Positions 32,640 to 53,900 of a stretch of DNA of 64,000 nucleotides are shown in pieces. The notes under the pieces were generated by a model. The model was not told where the DNA came from. It ran no database searches and saw nothing but the letters and a program-made list of their open reading frames with translations. Every line of letters begins with the position of its first letter. Position 1 is the stretch's first letter. This DNA is from Callorhinchus milii (lineage: Eukaryota). The translations under genes were made by a program, and so were the position numbers. The DNA is taken from positions 1,054,001 to 1,118,000 of the forward strand of contig NW_024704772.1 of assembly GCF_018977255.1 (NCBI RefSeq), read 5' to 3'.

Positions 32640-33370
32640 AACTGACATTCAATTATCTCTGAATCACTAATGTTTGACCAATCAATAAAAATCGTTGGCT
32701 TTGACACAACAACAACAAGATCTCATTTATAGAGCGCCTTTCACGTCGGGAGGACGTCCCAAGGCGCTGGACAGTTGGGTTGGCACTCGAGCATTGGGGG
32801 GGAAATGGTCAGGGTGAGGGGAGGGAGCGAGGAGGGGGTAGAGAGTCGAGAGTGCTTTTCATTGCTGGGAGGACATCTCAAAGCGCTTCACAGGATTTTA
32901 CTGTCAAGTGTAGCGACTGTATTTTGTAGGCGAACACTATAAGCTCTGAATGCAAAAGATTACTATTATTAAACATTGATATTCTCATGTTTGACTATTA
33001 TTAAACAATCCGATTACTTAATTCTCCGCAGATCTACAATTCCACTTTCTGTGTTGGTCTATTTTTAAAAAAAGACACCTTTTTATAAAACCTTTCGTGC
33101 GAAAAAAATTTATAAAATAAAAGTTATTGGAAGTTACTTTTCTCTACGAAAAAGATCAGACGGGGACAGAGGCTAATGCAGAGCCTCTGCAGTGAGGATG
33201 GGTTCAATCTACGGGACATTGTGCTCAATTGGCCGCCGCGTTCGCCCACAAATGTACAGTCAATTCAGTTTACAGTATATTCTGCGAAGCGCTTTGGGAC
33301 GTCTGGAAGACGTGAAAAGCGCTACATCAAATGCGAGGATTATTAAGCGAAGGGCGGGGTCGGAGGAAAG

Positions 33371-33469
33371 ACTACAACTCCCAGGATGCCACGCGGGGGC
33401 CGCGCAAGCGCACTCAACTGGTACCGGTGAGGGGGACGGAGGTCACGTGAGGGGGAGGGAGGTCACGTG
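33371..33469 (+). promoter_or_regulatory. Duplicated DDX47 CpG-island promoter: ZNF143/THAP11 motif ACTACAACTCCCAGGATGC and two GTCACGTG E-boxes
   Basis: Motifs read directly; homologous to 40902-40965. Confidence 0.7.
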
Positions 33470-33496
33470 GGGCGGAGGGTGGTCAGCGCGGGCAAT

Positions 33497-33565
33497 ATGG
33501 CGGCGTGTGAGAAGGCGGTTGCAGAAGCTGAAGAGAAACCGGAGCCGGCGACTTTCCGAGAGCTG
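33497..33565 (+). pseudogene. Orphan duplicate of DDX47 exon 1 (MAACEKAVAEAEEKPEPATFREL|gtaata)
   Basis: 69-nt exon nearly identical to 40986-41054, with ATG and donor intact. Similarity to DDX47 intron 1 ends near 33710 and no private downstream exons are visible. Confidence 0.85.
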
Positions 33566-34655
33566 GTAATAGCCCGGGGTGGGGTGGGGGGGGGTGACTG
33601 GAGGCGGCGGCGGGGAGGGAAGAGAAGAGAAGAGCCAGGCCCGGGGTGGGGGGGGGGCGCCGTAACCGTTGTCGTCCGCGGTCTGTTCCAGAAGCTTCTG
33701 TGCTGCACGTGCGCCCCCTCCCCCTCGGCTCCCCTCACACTGAGATGGCGGTCAGTCGGGGAGGAGGGCGTCTCCGGCATTATTAGCGTCAGCACCAATA
33801 ATAATAACCGCAACGATCATCATCGTTGCCGTTGGGATAGAGCGCCTCATCGCGACGTTGCGCTTCGCTGTGAAGTGTGTGGGAGGGGGGGGCGGGGGTG
33901 GGGCTGTAAAGCGTCTCGTCAGGCGCTCTGGGACGCTACCCTGCTCAAGGGGGCGCCATGTAAACGCAAGTTGTTGTTTGTTGTTGACAGTTTGGGGGGT
34001 GGCAGGAAGGCTGTGCTGGTTTGGCCGGTCAACCTCCCCACCGTAAAGCGCTCCGGGACGCGACCTTGCGTGAAGGGCGCTGTATAAATGCAAGTTGTTG
34101 TTCTCTTCCCCCCTTCCTCCCCACCCCCCAACATACACACACACACACACATACACACACCCACCCACTGGGGTCTTTTCTTCCACCCACGTATTCCCCA
34201 ACCGGCGGAGTTTGGTTTCGTCTGCGAGCAAAGCAGAGGATGCAGTTTGCATCAGCGCTTTGGGACGTCCTCCTGATGTGAAGTGCAGTTTGTTGTTGTT
34301 TCGCTCTCCTCGGTGCTGCATTTAGCGCTGATGTTCATTGATCTCAGAATCACCGCTGTACTTTATTCTAGGAACTGTCAGGGTCCTTCACTTCTTTTCC
34401 TATCATCGGTGAACATAGGCCCAGTCAGAGCAATCTCAAGAACTAGTCGCAACACTTTATTTATTATCACATATAAACCATTCTATTTTATTCAACAAGT
34501 AATATTCTACAAACAGAACTTTCCGGATAGGGCGCATTGAGAGAAAAACAAAAGAACTGTTGCTCAACAAATAATCTTACACTTTTAAGAACTGCTGTTA
34601 GGTCCCCTCTTAACCATCTCTTCTCTTTAAAGCAAATTGTTACGTAGAATATACC

Positions 34656-36692
34656 TCACCACTCCCAATCATCCTCGCTTGTTCCCTCGTTCGTTTCTGT
34701 TGATAATTCAAAGACATAAACCTCCCCGTCGGTCTGGGTCACTATCAGGTTGTCGTCTTCATCCACTGTTAGAGCGCGTGGCATGTTTATCCCATCAAGC
34801 GAAGCCAGCACTTCTTGCTTGAATATCCCTTCAGGGGAGAATGAGATAATGCAGCCTGGCTCGCCTACGTAGATATCATCATAACTATCAACACACACGC
34901 CGAAAGGATTCAGGGATCGAGGCACCCCTTGCATCCAGATCTCATCGCAAATATTTATGACGTCCTCATTCCTCCTGAAGATAACCAGGCATTTCTTGCC
35001 GATGTCAGACACGATGAAATTCTCTTGACTGCTCACCGCAACGAAGAGAAAGCGGATACCTTGGTACCCTTGTGGCTTCACGCGGTCAACGACTTGACCA
35101 TCGAGGCCGTAGAGAGACAGTGAACACATCGATCCCTCACTAACCACTACGTACTGGTCTTCGTAAGCGGTGATGGGGTAACTGGATTCTGAGCCTCTGA
35201 GCAAAAGCTGTCTCACGCGATCACCGTCGTAATCTAGGAAATAAAGCTTGCTCTCTGCAGTGCAAGCGATCAAGTCACCGCACACTGCAACGCTGCATGG
35301 ATCTTTGCCTGTATCTCCAATAGCGATCTGCCTCCTGAAATCCCCATCGATTGAATAACACTTCAGAATACCGTTGGCTTCGTCTGCCACAATGATGTCC
35401 CCATTGTTCAACATGCTGACGCCGGTCAGCTTCGAATTGCACTCTGCATAGCACTCAGTCGTGAAGTTGCAGCGACGGGCTGGTCTTAGCCAATTGCCTG
35501 CCACGTTTTCATAAGGGGACTGCACTGGAGGCAGCTCCGGACTGGAAAAGCGAGCAAATTCTTGCCAATGCTCCGGAGCTTGATCAGGAACTGGAGGGAT
35601 TTTCTGCATTGCTGCTTCTTGACCAAGTTCAATCCTGAACAGATCCATTTGAGACATGTAATCCTTGGTCACCACCAGCTTGGGGATGTCCTCCTTCATA
35701 CTGGGTGGCTGGTACGCCAGCAGTGTCCTCACTTGCTCTCCGAGAATCTTCTCCAAACAGACTATGCTGCCGTTCTGGCCAGCCCTCAAGACTCTCTCTG
35801 AGTAATCTCTGGTGCTCTCTGCACTCTTCGTCTGTCTCTGCAGGTCTGCCTTGGCCGTCTCATACAGTGCTTCCTGTTGCTTGACAAAATCGGACATTTT
35901 CTTCCTGATGTCGTCCCTCTGCTTAAAAAGGGCACTCTGCACCTGTGCCACTGCGTCCACCATTTTGGACTCTATGGACCTTTCTGCAGCCTTCAGCTTT
36001 TCCAGCGCCGCATTCAGGTCGTCTTGGCTTCTGGTCAAAGACTGGACCTTGGTGCTGAGTTTCCCGACGAGCTCCCTCACAGCTGGTGTGCTGGACTCTG
36101 CGGCTTTGGACATCGACAGCGCTTCGTGGCGGGAATGAGAATTGACGAGGCAAGTGTCACATATCGAGGCATTGCACGGTCTGCAGAAATAGCCGCCTTC
36201 CTTCTTCGGGTGGGCAGCGCAGTAAATCTTCTTCCTCACGTGGATCTCAGCGTCACAGCTGGTGTCAGAGAGCCTCAACACCTTGTGTTGGTGTTGTGAG
36301 GGAATCGAGAGGTGATCGTCTGTGCAGAGCTGACACATGAAACTGGGGCAGTCAAAGCACTGGGTGACCGCGGGTCTATCGTGCTGCCCTTTTGATGGGC
36401 AAACGCTACACATCTTGCCAATAGTCTCATTGAGTGGCAAAATATTGAGAAGGCTGTTGATGAAGAAGTTTGTCTTCAGGTTGCTGATGCCTCCTTCATT
36501 CAGGGTGACTTCCTGTCTGCATTCTGGGCACTGAAAGACTTTGGTTTTGTGTGGCACCAGCTTCCTCAGACACTCCTCACAGTAAGTGTGGTGACACGGC
36601 AGGTACTTGGGGTTACGGTATTTCTCTAAGCAGATATTGCAATTGAGAAAATCATTCTCGATGATCTCTGCAAAGGAGGAGCATGTCGCCAT
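34656..36692 (-). CDS. TRIM56-like E3 ubiquitin ligase, paralogue B, 678 aa: RING, B-box1, B-box2, coiled coil and NHL repeats
   Basis: Single coding exon from ATG 36692. DFLNCNICLEKY..LPCHHTYCEEC..CPEC and LKTNFFINSLL resemble TRIM56; B-box2 CAAHPKKEGGYFCRPCNASICDTCLVNSHSRH; heptad coiled coil; NHL repeats; acidic tail. Confidence 0.9.
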   Translation of the reverse strand: MATCSSFAEIIENDFLNCNICLEKYRNPKYLPCHHTYCEECLRKLVPHKTKVFQCPECRQEVTLNEGGISNLKTNFFINSLLNILPLNETIGKMCSVCPSKGQHDRPAVTQCFDCPSFMCQLCTDDHLSIPSQHQHKVLRLSDTSCDAEIHVRKKIYCAAHPKKEGGYFCRPCNASICDTCLVNSHSRHEALSMSKAAESSTPAVRELVGKLSTKVQSLTRSQDDLNAALEKLKAAERSIESKMVDAVAQVQSALFKQRDDIRKKMSDFVKQQEALYETAKADLQRQTKSAESTRDYSERVLRAGQNGSIVCLEKILGEQVRTLLAYQPPSMKEDIPKLVVTKDYMSQMDLFRIELGQEAAMQKIPPVPDQAPEHWQEFARFSSPELPPVQSPYENVAGNWLRPARRCNFTTECYAECNSKLTGVSMLNNGDIIVADEANGILKCYSIDGDFRRQIAIGDTGKDPCSVAVCGDLIACTAESKLYFLDYDGDRVRQLLLRGSESSYPITAYEDQYVVVSEGSMCSLSLYGLDGQVVDRVKPQGYQGIRFLFVAVSSQENFIVSDIGKKCLVIFRRNEDVINICDEIWMQGVPRSLNPFGVCVDSYDDIYVGEPGCIISFSPEGIFKQEVLASLDGINMPRALTVDEDDNLIVTQTDGEVYVFELSTETNEGTSEDDWEW

Positions 36693-37191
36693 GGCAATGG
36701 GACGCTGAGACAATCTGCAATGACACACAGCATCATGTTAATGCATTACTTTGCTCACTCACTGTCCAGAGCAAAGGAATATGGCCTAAAATAGGTATAT
36801 TGATAGCATCATTAACAGTACTTCTGGCAAGCCTTTATGCTGCTTATCCAGCTTGGACCAGTTAGGTCTTTGGCTTGTGGGGTTAACAGGAGTGAGTGGG
36901 AGAATTCCCTCCCTGCCCCCAGTGACCTGGGAAGAAAGACGATACCCCTTAAAGGCAAAGGCTCCAACAAAAGTATGCTCTGTTCTCCAGAGCAGTAATT
37001 CTACCTTTCAATGCAATTCCTGCTATATCAAAGTTATACAAAGTAAATTTTTCCTGTATATGCGAGCTTGATTTTCTTAGGGTCACGAACCACACATAGA
37101 CTCACAATTTTTCCAGGTTAACAATTTGATTTAAATGAAATATAATGACAATTTGAATCAACGGGTGTAAAAACAGCCTAGGGCTCAGTGA

Positions 37192-38164
37192 TGTTGGAAA
37201 AAATGATCGAAGACTCGACAAATACCAAACATGGCGCGACACACCTTTGAATGCTTTATTTCGATACCCAACAGGTAATATCAATCATACAATACAAAGA
37301 AAAGTAAATGATCCAATATGCAGTACTGGAATACAATGATTATGTCAAAGTATAATGATTATACTTGACTATTTATATTAAAAACGCATTGGTTACATGC
37401 AGTTAAGAAATACTCATACTACCAGTTTAAAGGAGTCAGTAGCTTCAGGTCTTCGTCTTCCCTCTCTTGAGCCCGAGCAGCTTAGTGATTATACTCACAA
37501 ACTAACGGTGTCCCTTTGATCTCTGCTCCCGGACTGACTATCTCCCTCTTGAGTCATCTTGCTCTTCTAACTGTTCTCACCTAGAGGTGGGCTAGTTATA
37601 CCCTTTCTCCAAGTGTTCTTTTCCTAGGGCCCCTCTACCCACTTCTGATACTGTCGCTTACTCAGGTTAATCAACCATTTGGCTTGGTGCCTGACTGAGT
37701 CTCCACAAGGTCTTCCCTTTGTCCTGTCTAAGCCAAGAGATTGATCAGTTTAGGGCTGTATCTGGTGCTTGTTATTTTGTTATGTGGGATCGTTAGTACA
37801 TTCCTTTTAAGTGAATGGTTATTTCTTATCAGTATCCTGGGATGGTACCAAAATCCTCCAGTTTAAACAACTTGCTCGTTGTTGCTATTCTTGAGGGTTG
37901 CCTTCTGTTTCTTGGCAGGCCCAGTCAGAATCTAGAGACTTATTACTAAGCTGAGATTCTGTGTCGACCGGAACCTTGGACTCTGTGGCTTGTTGTTATC
38001 TACTGATAAGTGGTGACCTCCTGCCCTTTTCCAAGGCTGTCTTGTTATTCCTTACGAAAAAGAGAAAACCAGATGTGTCCTATCCCATGACCGTCAGTAC
38101 TTTCTCCCTTCTACATTTGTTTAATGTTTCATTATTATTAGACTACAACTTCTATAATCAAACA
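37192..38164 (-). mobile_element. Solo LTR (973 bp) with 4-bp TSD GTGA
   Basis: Termini TGTTGG...AAACA, TSD at 37188-37191 and 38165-38168. The empty site CTCAGTGGGAAGCACTCGCG is seen in unit A near 31492. Orientation inferred from a minus-strand AATAAA at 37260-37255. Confidence 0.8.
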
Positions 38165-38343
38165 GTGAGAAGCACTCGCGAGTCAAAAGGTTGTAGTTTC
38201 CAGACCCCAAGTTGGGGACGGTGGCGCTATCCGAAAAGAGAAGGGAGTTTCTTAGCCAAGTATCCTGGCTAAAAAAACAACAGTGACTTGTTGGCACTGA
38301 CGTCATATCTGTTATTTGGAAAAGAAAGCTCAATTGTGGAATA

Positions 38344-38355
38344 GAAAGTGAAACT
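38344..38355. promoter_or_regulatory. ISRE (GAAAGTGAAACT) upstream of TRIM56-like B
   Basis: Exact ISRE consensus, identical to 31905-31916. Confidence 0.7.
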
Positions 38356-38914
38356 TAAAAAGATATTTGGTCGGAGGATTCTTCCGGTTTTTTTGATTGA
38401 AACAAGACTCGGAAGCGTTCACAATTAATCATTTGCCAACAAAATACACAGTCCCTACACTTTACAGGAATACTATTTGATGGACGTTTCATGAAATATC
38501 ATTGCTGTTTGTGGGAATGTCGCTGTGTGAAAAATGGCTGGTATTTGATGTGTTGGTACATCAAAGCACCGCTAAGGTGCAGACTGAAATAGCAGCGGGA
38601 ATTTGATCCTTGCCTGGATAAGTAAGCTGAGTCCCCAATTTATCATACATGCAACAAACAGTCTTAGCTTCGTTGTGGATCAGGGGCAAATAGGTAAAGC
38701 AGTAAATCCCCCTCCCCGACCCACCCACCCACCTCAACACCTGAAGCCGGAGAGGTGATCTGGAGTTTTTCAAATCATACTCACTTTTAAGGCAGGAGTT
38801 AATGTTGATCTTCAGACTGCAGACTATCAAAACTCCTCTGTTCACAGCGTCTAAACTCACAAAGTGTGCTGCAATTGGGCAACTCCAGGTTCCACCTACC
38901 TGCCTTTTCTGTTG

Positions 38915-40430
38915 TCATGATTGACTCCTGTCAGCGCCCCCGCACTGACAGCATCACCATTGAAGGATCCACCCTCCACCTCATCAAGCTAGTCTGGAAC
39001 CTTGGCGTCTTGTTTGACTCTCAACTGTCCTTTTTACCCCACGTATCCATGTTATGACCCACTTTGCTTTACCCCACCTCCGCAACATCGCCCGGCTCCG
39101 CCACTGTCTCACACCGCAGGCTACCGAGACCCTCATACAAGCATTCATGACATCCAGGCTCGATCACGCAAACTCCCTGTGTAAGGTTTTGTTAAATTCA
39201 TGACCCTGCAGTGAAGTAAGGAATGACACCAATGTTCTACAATTAATCAAGGTTCATTAATTCAGATTAATAATGGTTATAAGTAATTAAAAGAATATAT
39301 CACAATAATGCTTACGTATCCACCTACAGTTCACAACAATATAGTTGATGAAACCAAATGCTGCGGAAGAGATAGAGGAGCAATGTCCAATTTAATGTCC
39401 ATTTTAATGTGGCCTTTTTAATGTCCATCAAAAGGTATCCCAGTATTGTACAGTTCCCAGTTTGATCACTCCAAAATATCTAATTATTATTGTGCGTTTC
39501 CCAGTTCGATCAACTGTTTCTTCTGATTCTCTTTTCGAATCGATCTCTGTTTATCCAGTTGGGTAGGTGACCTTTCACCTGTTGTCTTTTGCAAGATGGT
39601 TCCTTTGCAAAAAAAACTGCAACACAATTCTCTCCCATGTTAAAACAGCTGCAGACTATTTTTCCATGGGAAAATGATTGATAAGGAATAAAAACAGTTT
39701 GTTGTTTATAATCAGTCTTTTGTTTCTCAACCTTGAGAAAGAATCTTCTGCGAACCTAGTCACAACCGGCTCCCATCGTATCTTATAAGACTGATTATAA
39801 GTCTCAAAAATATAAACATTGCAAATATAATTTGAGATATTATTTAATACATTAACTACAGAATCCTACACCTGATTGTCAGCCTTCCCAACTCCTCCCT
39901 CCATAGGTTGGAGATCATCCAGAACTCTGCAGCCCGTGTCCTCTCTCGCACCAGGCTCTGCGACTCTATCAACCCCATCCTTGCCCGACTCCACTGGCTT
40001 CCCATCACACAGAGGATACAGTTCAATATCCTGATCCTTTCAAAGCCCTCCATGGCTTTGCTCCCCCCTCGGGTCTGTGACCTCCTAACCCCCTATCAAG
40101 CTGCCCGCTTCCTCCGCTCAGCAGGTTTCCGGCCTCCTTCACGTCTCCCGCCTCACTTGCCCCACCATTGGCGGGCGGGCCTTCAGTCACTCTGCCCCCA
40201 CCCTCTGGAACTCCATCCCGCAGTCCCTCTACCTCGCCCCCTCACTTGCCTCCTTCAAGACCCATCTCAAGACCCTCCTTCGACCATGCCTTCGGTCACC
40301 CTCCTTCCTCTCCTGCCCTCCACCCTTCCCGATCCAGACCCCAGCTCGGGTTCGAAACACTGGTTCTCAACGCCTCAGGACGTCCTACTGACATGAAAGG
40401 TGCTATACAAATGTAATTTTGTTGTTGTTG
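38915..40430 (+). mobile_element. 5'-truncated L2 LINE (C-terminal part of ORF2 plus 3' tail), split by a solo LTR
   Basis: Degenerate ORF2 peptides NLGVLFDSQLSF and IIQNSAARVLSRT..INPILARLHWLPITQRIQFNIL; tail TGAAAGGTGCTATACAAATG followed by TTG repeats; absent from unit A. Confidence 0.85.
39180..39870. mobile_element. Solo LTR (691 bp) nested in the L2, 4-bp TSD CCTG
   Basis: Termini TGTAAGG...CCTACA, flanked by CCTG at 39176-39179 and 39871-39874; L2 sequence resumes across the junction. Confidence 0.82.
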
Positions 40431-40901
40431 TCTAGGTTAAGGATCAGTATCTCTCTCTAGCACTGACAGTTACTCTGAGTCACTGCTGTACTTTAAGAAC
40501 TTATGTTGGACGATCAATAAAAATCATTGGCTTTGATACAGCACCTTTCATTGCTGGGGGGATGTCTCAAAGCGCTTCGTAAGATTTTACTGTCAAGTGT
40601 AGCGACTATTTTGTAGGTGAACATTATAAGCTCTGGAAAGGCGCTGTACAAATCTAAGTTGTTGTTATTGGATCAAATATGGAAGGATTATTAAACAATC
40701 TTTTGCATATTTATTTTTTATGAAATAATCAGATACTTAATTCCCTGCATATCTACAATTCCGCTTTCTAAAAAAAAGTTTTTTTCTTTGCTTTCGAAAG
40801 TTGTTATAAAACCTATCGTACGAAAAAAAATAAAACGAAAAAGCTTCCGAAAGTTACTTTTCTCTGTGTGAGCTCCTACAATGCTGGGGTGGGGGTGAAA
40901 A

Positions 40902-40965
40902 ACTACAACTCCCAGGATGCCCCGGGGACCCGCGCAAGCGCAGTGCCAGCGAGGCAGGTCACGTG
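40902..40965 (+). promoter_or_regulatory. DDX47 promoter: ZNF143/THAP11 motif and GTCACGTG E-box in a CpG island
   Basis: ACTACAACTCCCAGGATGC at 40902-40920 and GGTCACGTGG just upstream of ATG 40986. Confidence 0.72.
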
Positions 40966-40985
40966 GCGGGGACGGAACCGGCAAC

Positions 40986-50949
<9,964 letters not shown>

Positions 50950-53900
50950 GACAGAACTGCCAGAAACATTGATTGGGAAAATGGTTGGGACGTGGATTTT
51001 TATAGGTACCCAAAATCAGGCTGTATCACTTCGGTCCAGTCCACCACTTGGGTGTGTCTGTTGTGGAGGCTTTGTACCTCCTTGTGACAGATGAGCATCA
51101 TGAAGAACTTGGCTCTTTTTGGAATAGAGACCACTGGCATCGTTGTCACCAGGATGGAAGAGTGCTTCACCCAGAGCATTGCTGTGTTTGTCCACACTGA
51201 CCCTTCTCTACAACTTTTTCTCACAATAACACGTGCAACGTTTAATCTCTGTGTTTATATAAAAAAAATTCTTTAAACCATACACAATTTTGGACATCCT
51301 GTGGAGGACTGAAATCACTCTATTCTTTCACTAAACTCTTAAAATAAATTCGACCAAGTCTTTATAGTGGAAAGCATCTAAGCTTCTGAAGTGGCTTCGG
51401 AAGATGCACGTCGGATAAGATCTTTCATCTCACTTGTGAAACCAACCAAATCCTGTAACATACAGAGTGGGTCTAAACAGCAACAAAAACAACACATGCT
51501 AAACTGAGGTCTGGCATACGCACAAATAGATGACATCCTTTCAAAACCACAGCAAAATTAGTCTGATTCATTTCTAGACAACAGTAATGACTTTATTTTT
51601 CCCTTTCCAGTTTTCTCTCCGCTTTTCTGATTCTCGCTGCGATAGGATTCCGGAGATACTCTGCAGTGCTGTATACACAGCCCTTATTGACTGCTTAGCT
51701 CTTCCTGTCCTCACTCGGTATCTACTTCTGGCAGAAGATATTGGATACCAACTGGGAGCACAAACCCTGTCTTAGATTGCCCCCACACTCCCTAGTCTGA
51801 GGGACGCTGAGGTCAATGTTGGCACGCCTATTATTACTCTGCCTGAGATCAGCTAACTTAGAACAGGCTGAGATTGACTGAGAATTCAGACATGGCACCT
51901 TTCTGCTCTGTATAGACTAGTTTCATACTGGGCACTGGATTTTCTTCATGAGCAATTGGAGCTTTTAACTAAACTTGAATTAGTTACTTTGGGCCTCCTG
52001 TTTGTTGATTCTGGTGAGGAATTTGTTTATTTAGCTGTGAATTTTCTGCAGCTTTAAAGGGACTTAGCTACAGTGAGCTTCTTCTGAAACACTTGCTACC
52101 AATATAATCGTGGACTGGTGGTGCAGCCCATAATCTCAGTGCTGCTCCCTTCAATTCCAAATCTTCTCTTTTGAATGCTGGAATCTGGTTGAATTTCTTA
52201 ATAATAATGGTCCTGACATTTGATTTGTCTGCCTTTTACATCAGCGGGTCGTCTCAAAGCATCTCGTAGGATACGCTGTAAAGTAAGACTCTGTGTGTAT
52301 GTTGTAGGCGAACGCAGCAGCCAATTTGCGCACAGCGATATCTCCACGAACAGAATTAATAACTAGAACTTACTGGATCCAGGCACTAAAGTTAGTGGTG
52401 TGTTGAGGAAGGGGGAGATTATCTCAGCTGTTTGCTGTTTCTGAATGATAACCTCGGCAGATTGAGGAAGGTATAAGGTTGATGATTGACATTCAGCTTT
52501 GCACAGTTGGTTGTCCTGACTGACCGAAACGTGGCGAGAGAATACACACACACACATGCATCCAATCTTTGCTCAGTTTCTCCCAAGTAGATGCAGTATA
52601 TTTGTTGCTGAATCGGCAGCGGGCCTGGATACACTATACATTTACTGCCAACCACTGAGATCAGCACCAGGCGTTGGCTGCACTTTATACGCTCGATCAT
52701 CATAAAGTGCTAACTCTCATTAGGCTTTGGAGAGCTAACCAGTTGACCACTGCCTGAAACAAGCCCTAGGACATTCGAGCCTCTTGCCTCGTGATATTGT
52801 GGCACCAGGATTAAAAAAATGTCCGTTTGTCCTGAATTTAAAAAAATTGAAAAGGATTTGAATCCTCGGAACTCTCCTCTGTCTGCTTTTTACCCTGATT
52901 TAGACCCCAAATGGTGTACCTCGTAAAAGGTTTGTTCACTGAATGTCCGCACGCATATTGTTCCCCCTGAGAAAATAAGAGGAGCAAATAAGGCGATTCC
53001 CGGTAGCAGCAATCCGGAGTTACGAGAAACGGTTTGGGAAATTTGACCTTGTTGCCTTTGGAAAGGCGATATTTCTGAGGTGTCGCAATTGAAGATTTCT
53101 GAAGGGGATCAACAGGGCGGAGACAAAGAAATGGTTCACTTGTAGGCGCGGGATTGAATCGCCCGCCCACCGCAGGGGAGGGTGGGTGGGATAAATTGTG
53201 TACGCGGACGGAAGTTGGTTTGAGCTTTCGTTACTTGAAAGATTTTGGGTTGTTGAATAAACAAGGAAAACCACTGAAATGAATGAACTCTGTTGTATAA
53301 ATGGATTTAATTTCAGGCATTTCTTGAGGGAGAAGAGATTGAGGGCACAAATAACGTAGGAGGGACTCGTTACTAACTGCTTCGATTTCTGCTTAAAGTT
53401 TTTTCCTGAAAAACTGAGTAAAGATTTTTACAGCAGTTTCCTGACACATTGCACCTTGCATACACTGTGTACAGACAGACTGTGGGAGATATCTCCTTAC
53501 CAATCATGCAGGGTAAACCACAGGCATCGCTGCATCCGCAGCATAGTGTGCTTGTGAGGATAAGAAGTCACAGACTTTTGAAGAACAGAGATGGGGCATT
53601 TGGGCTTTCACTCTGCGCTGGTGTTTCTCTCTACATCCTCTCATCCTCTCTGCAGTGCGAACTCCCTATAGCCTTAATATTCCTCTTGTTCAAGCATCTG
53701 ATTAACTTTTAAAAGAGCACTTCTATTTTATTTGTATGCGGTGTGGGTTGGCTGTGTGTGACATTCAGGGGAGTGTGAGTGTGAGCGAGGGTTGGTGTCT
53801 GCAGTTTGTGCACGTGTGTGTGTGTGTTGCTGTGGGAAGAAAGGACGAGAAATAATCTGATACAAGAGAAAAAATAGTATACATTTGGTGTACGATTCTC

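Noticed and set aside
52838-53274. 110-aa and 84-aa minus-strand ORFs, considered as a deaminase-like or APOLD1-like gene
   Set aside because: No HxE/PCxxC or apolipoprotein-L motifs and no convincing splice context; probably a repeat remnant.
51574-53544. Possible 3-exon small gene or decayed Gla paralogue (53544-53501, 52515-52453, 51727-51574, minus strand)
   Set aside because: Phases fit, but there is no signal peptide or Gla motif, the second donor (GTTATC) is weak and AATAAA falls inside the ORF. Needs RNA evidence.
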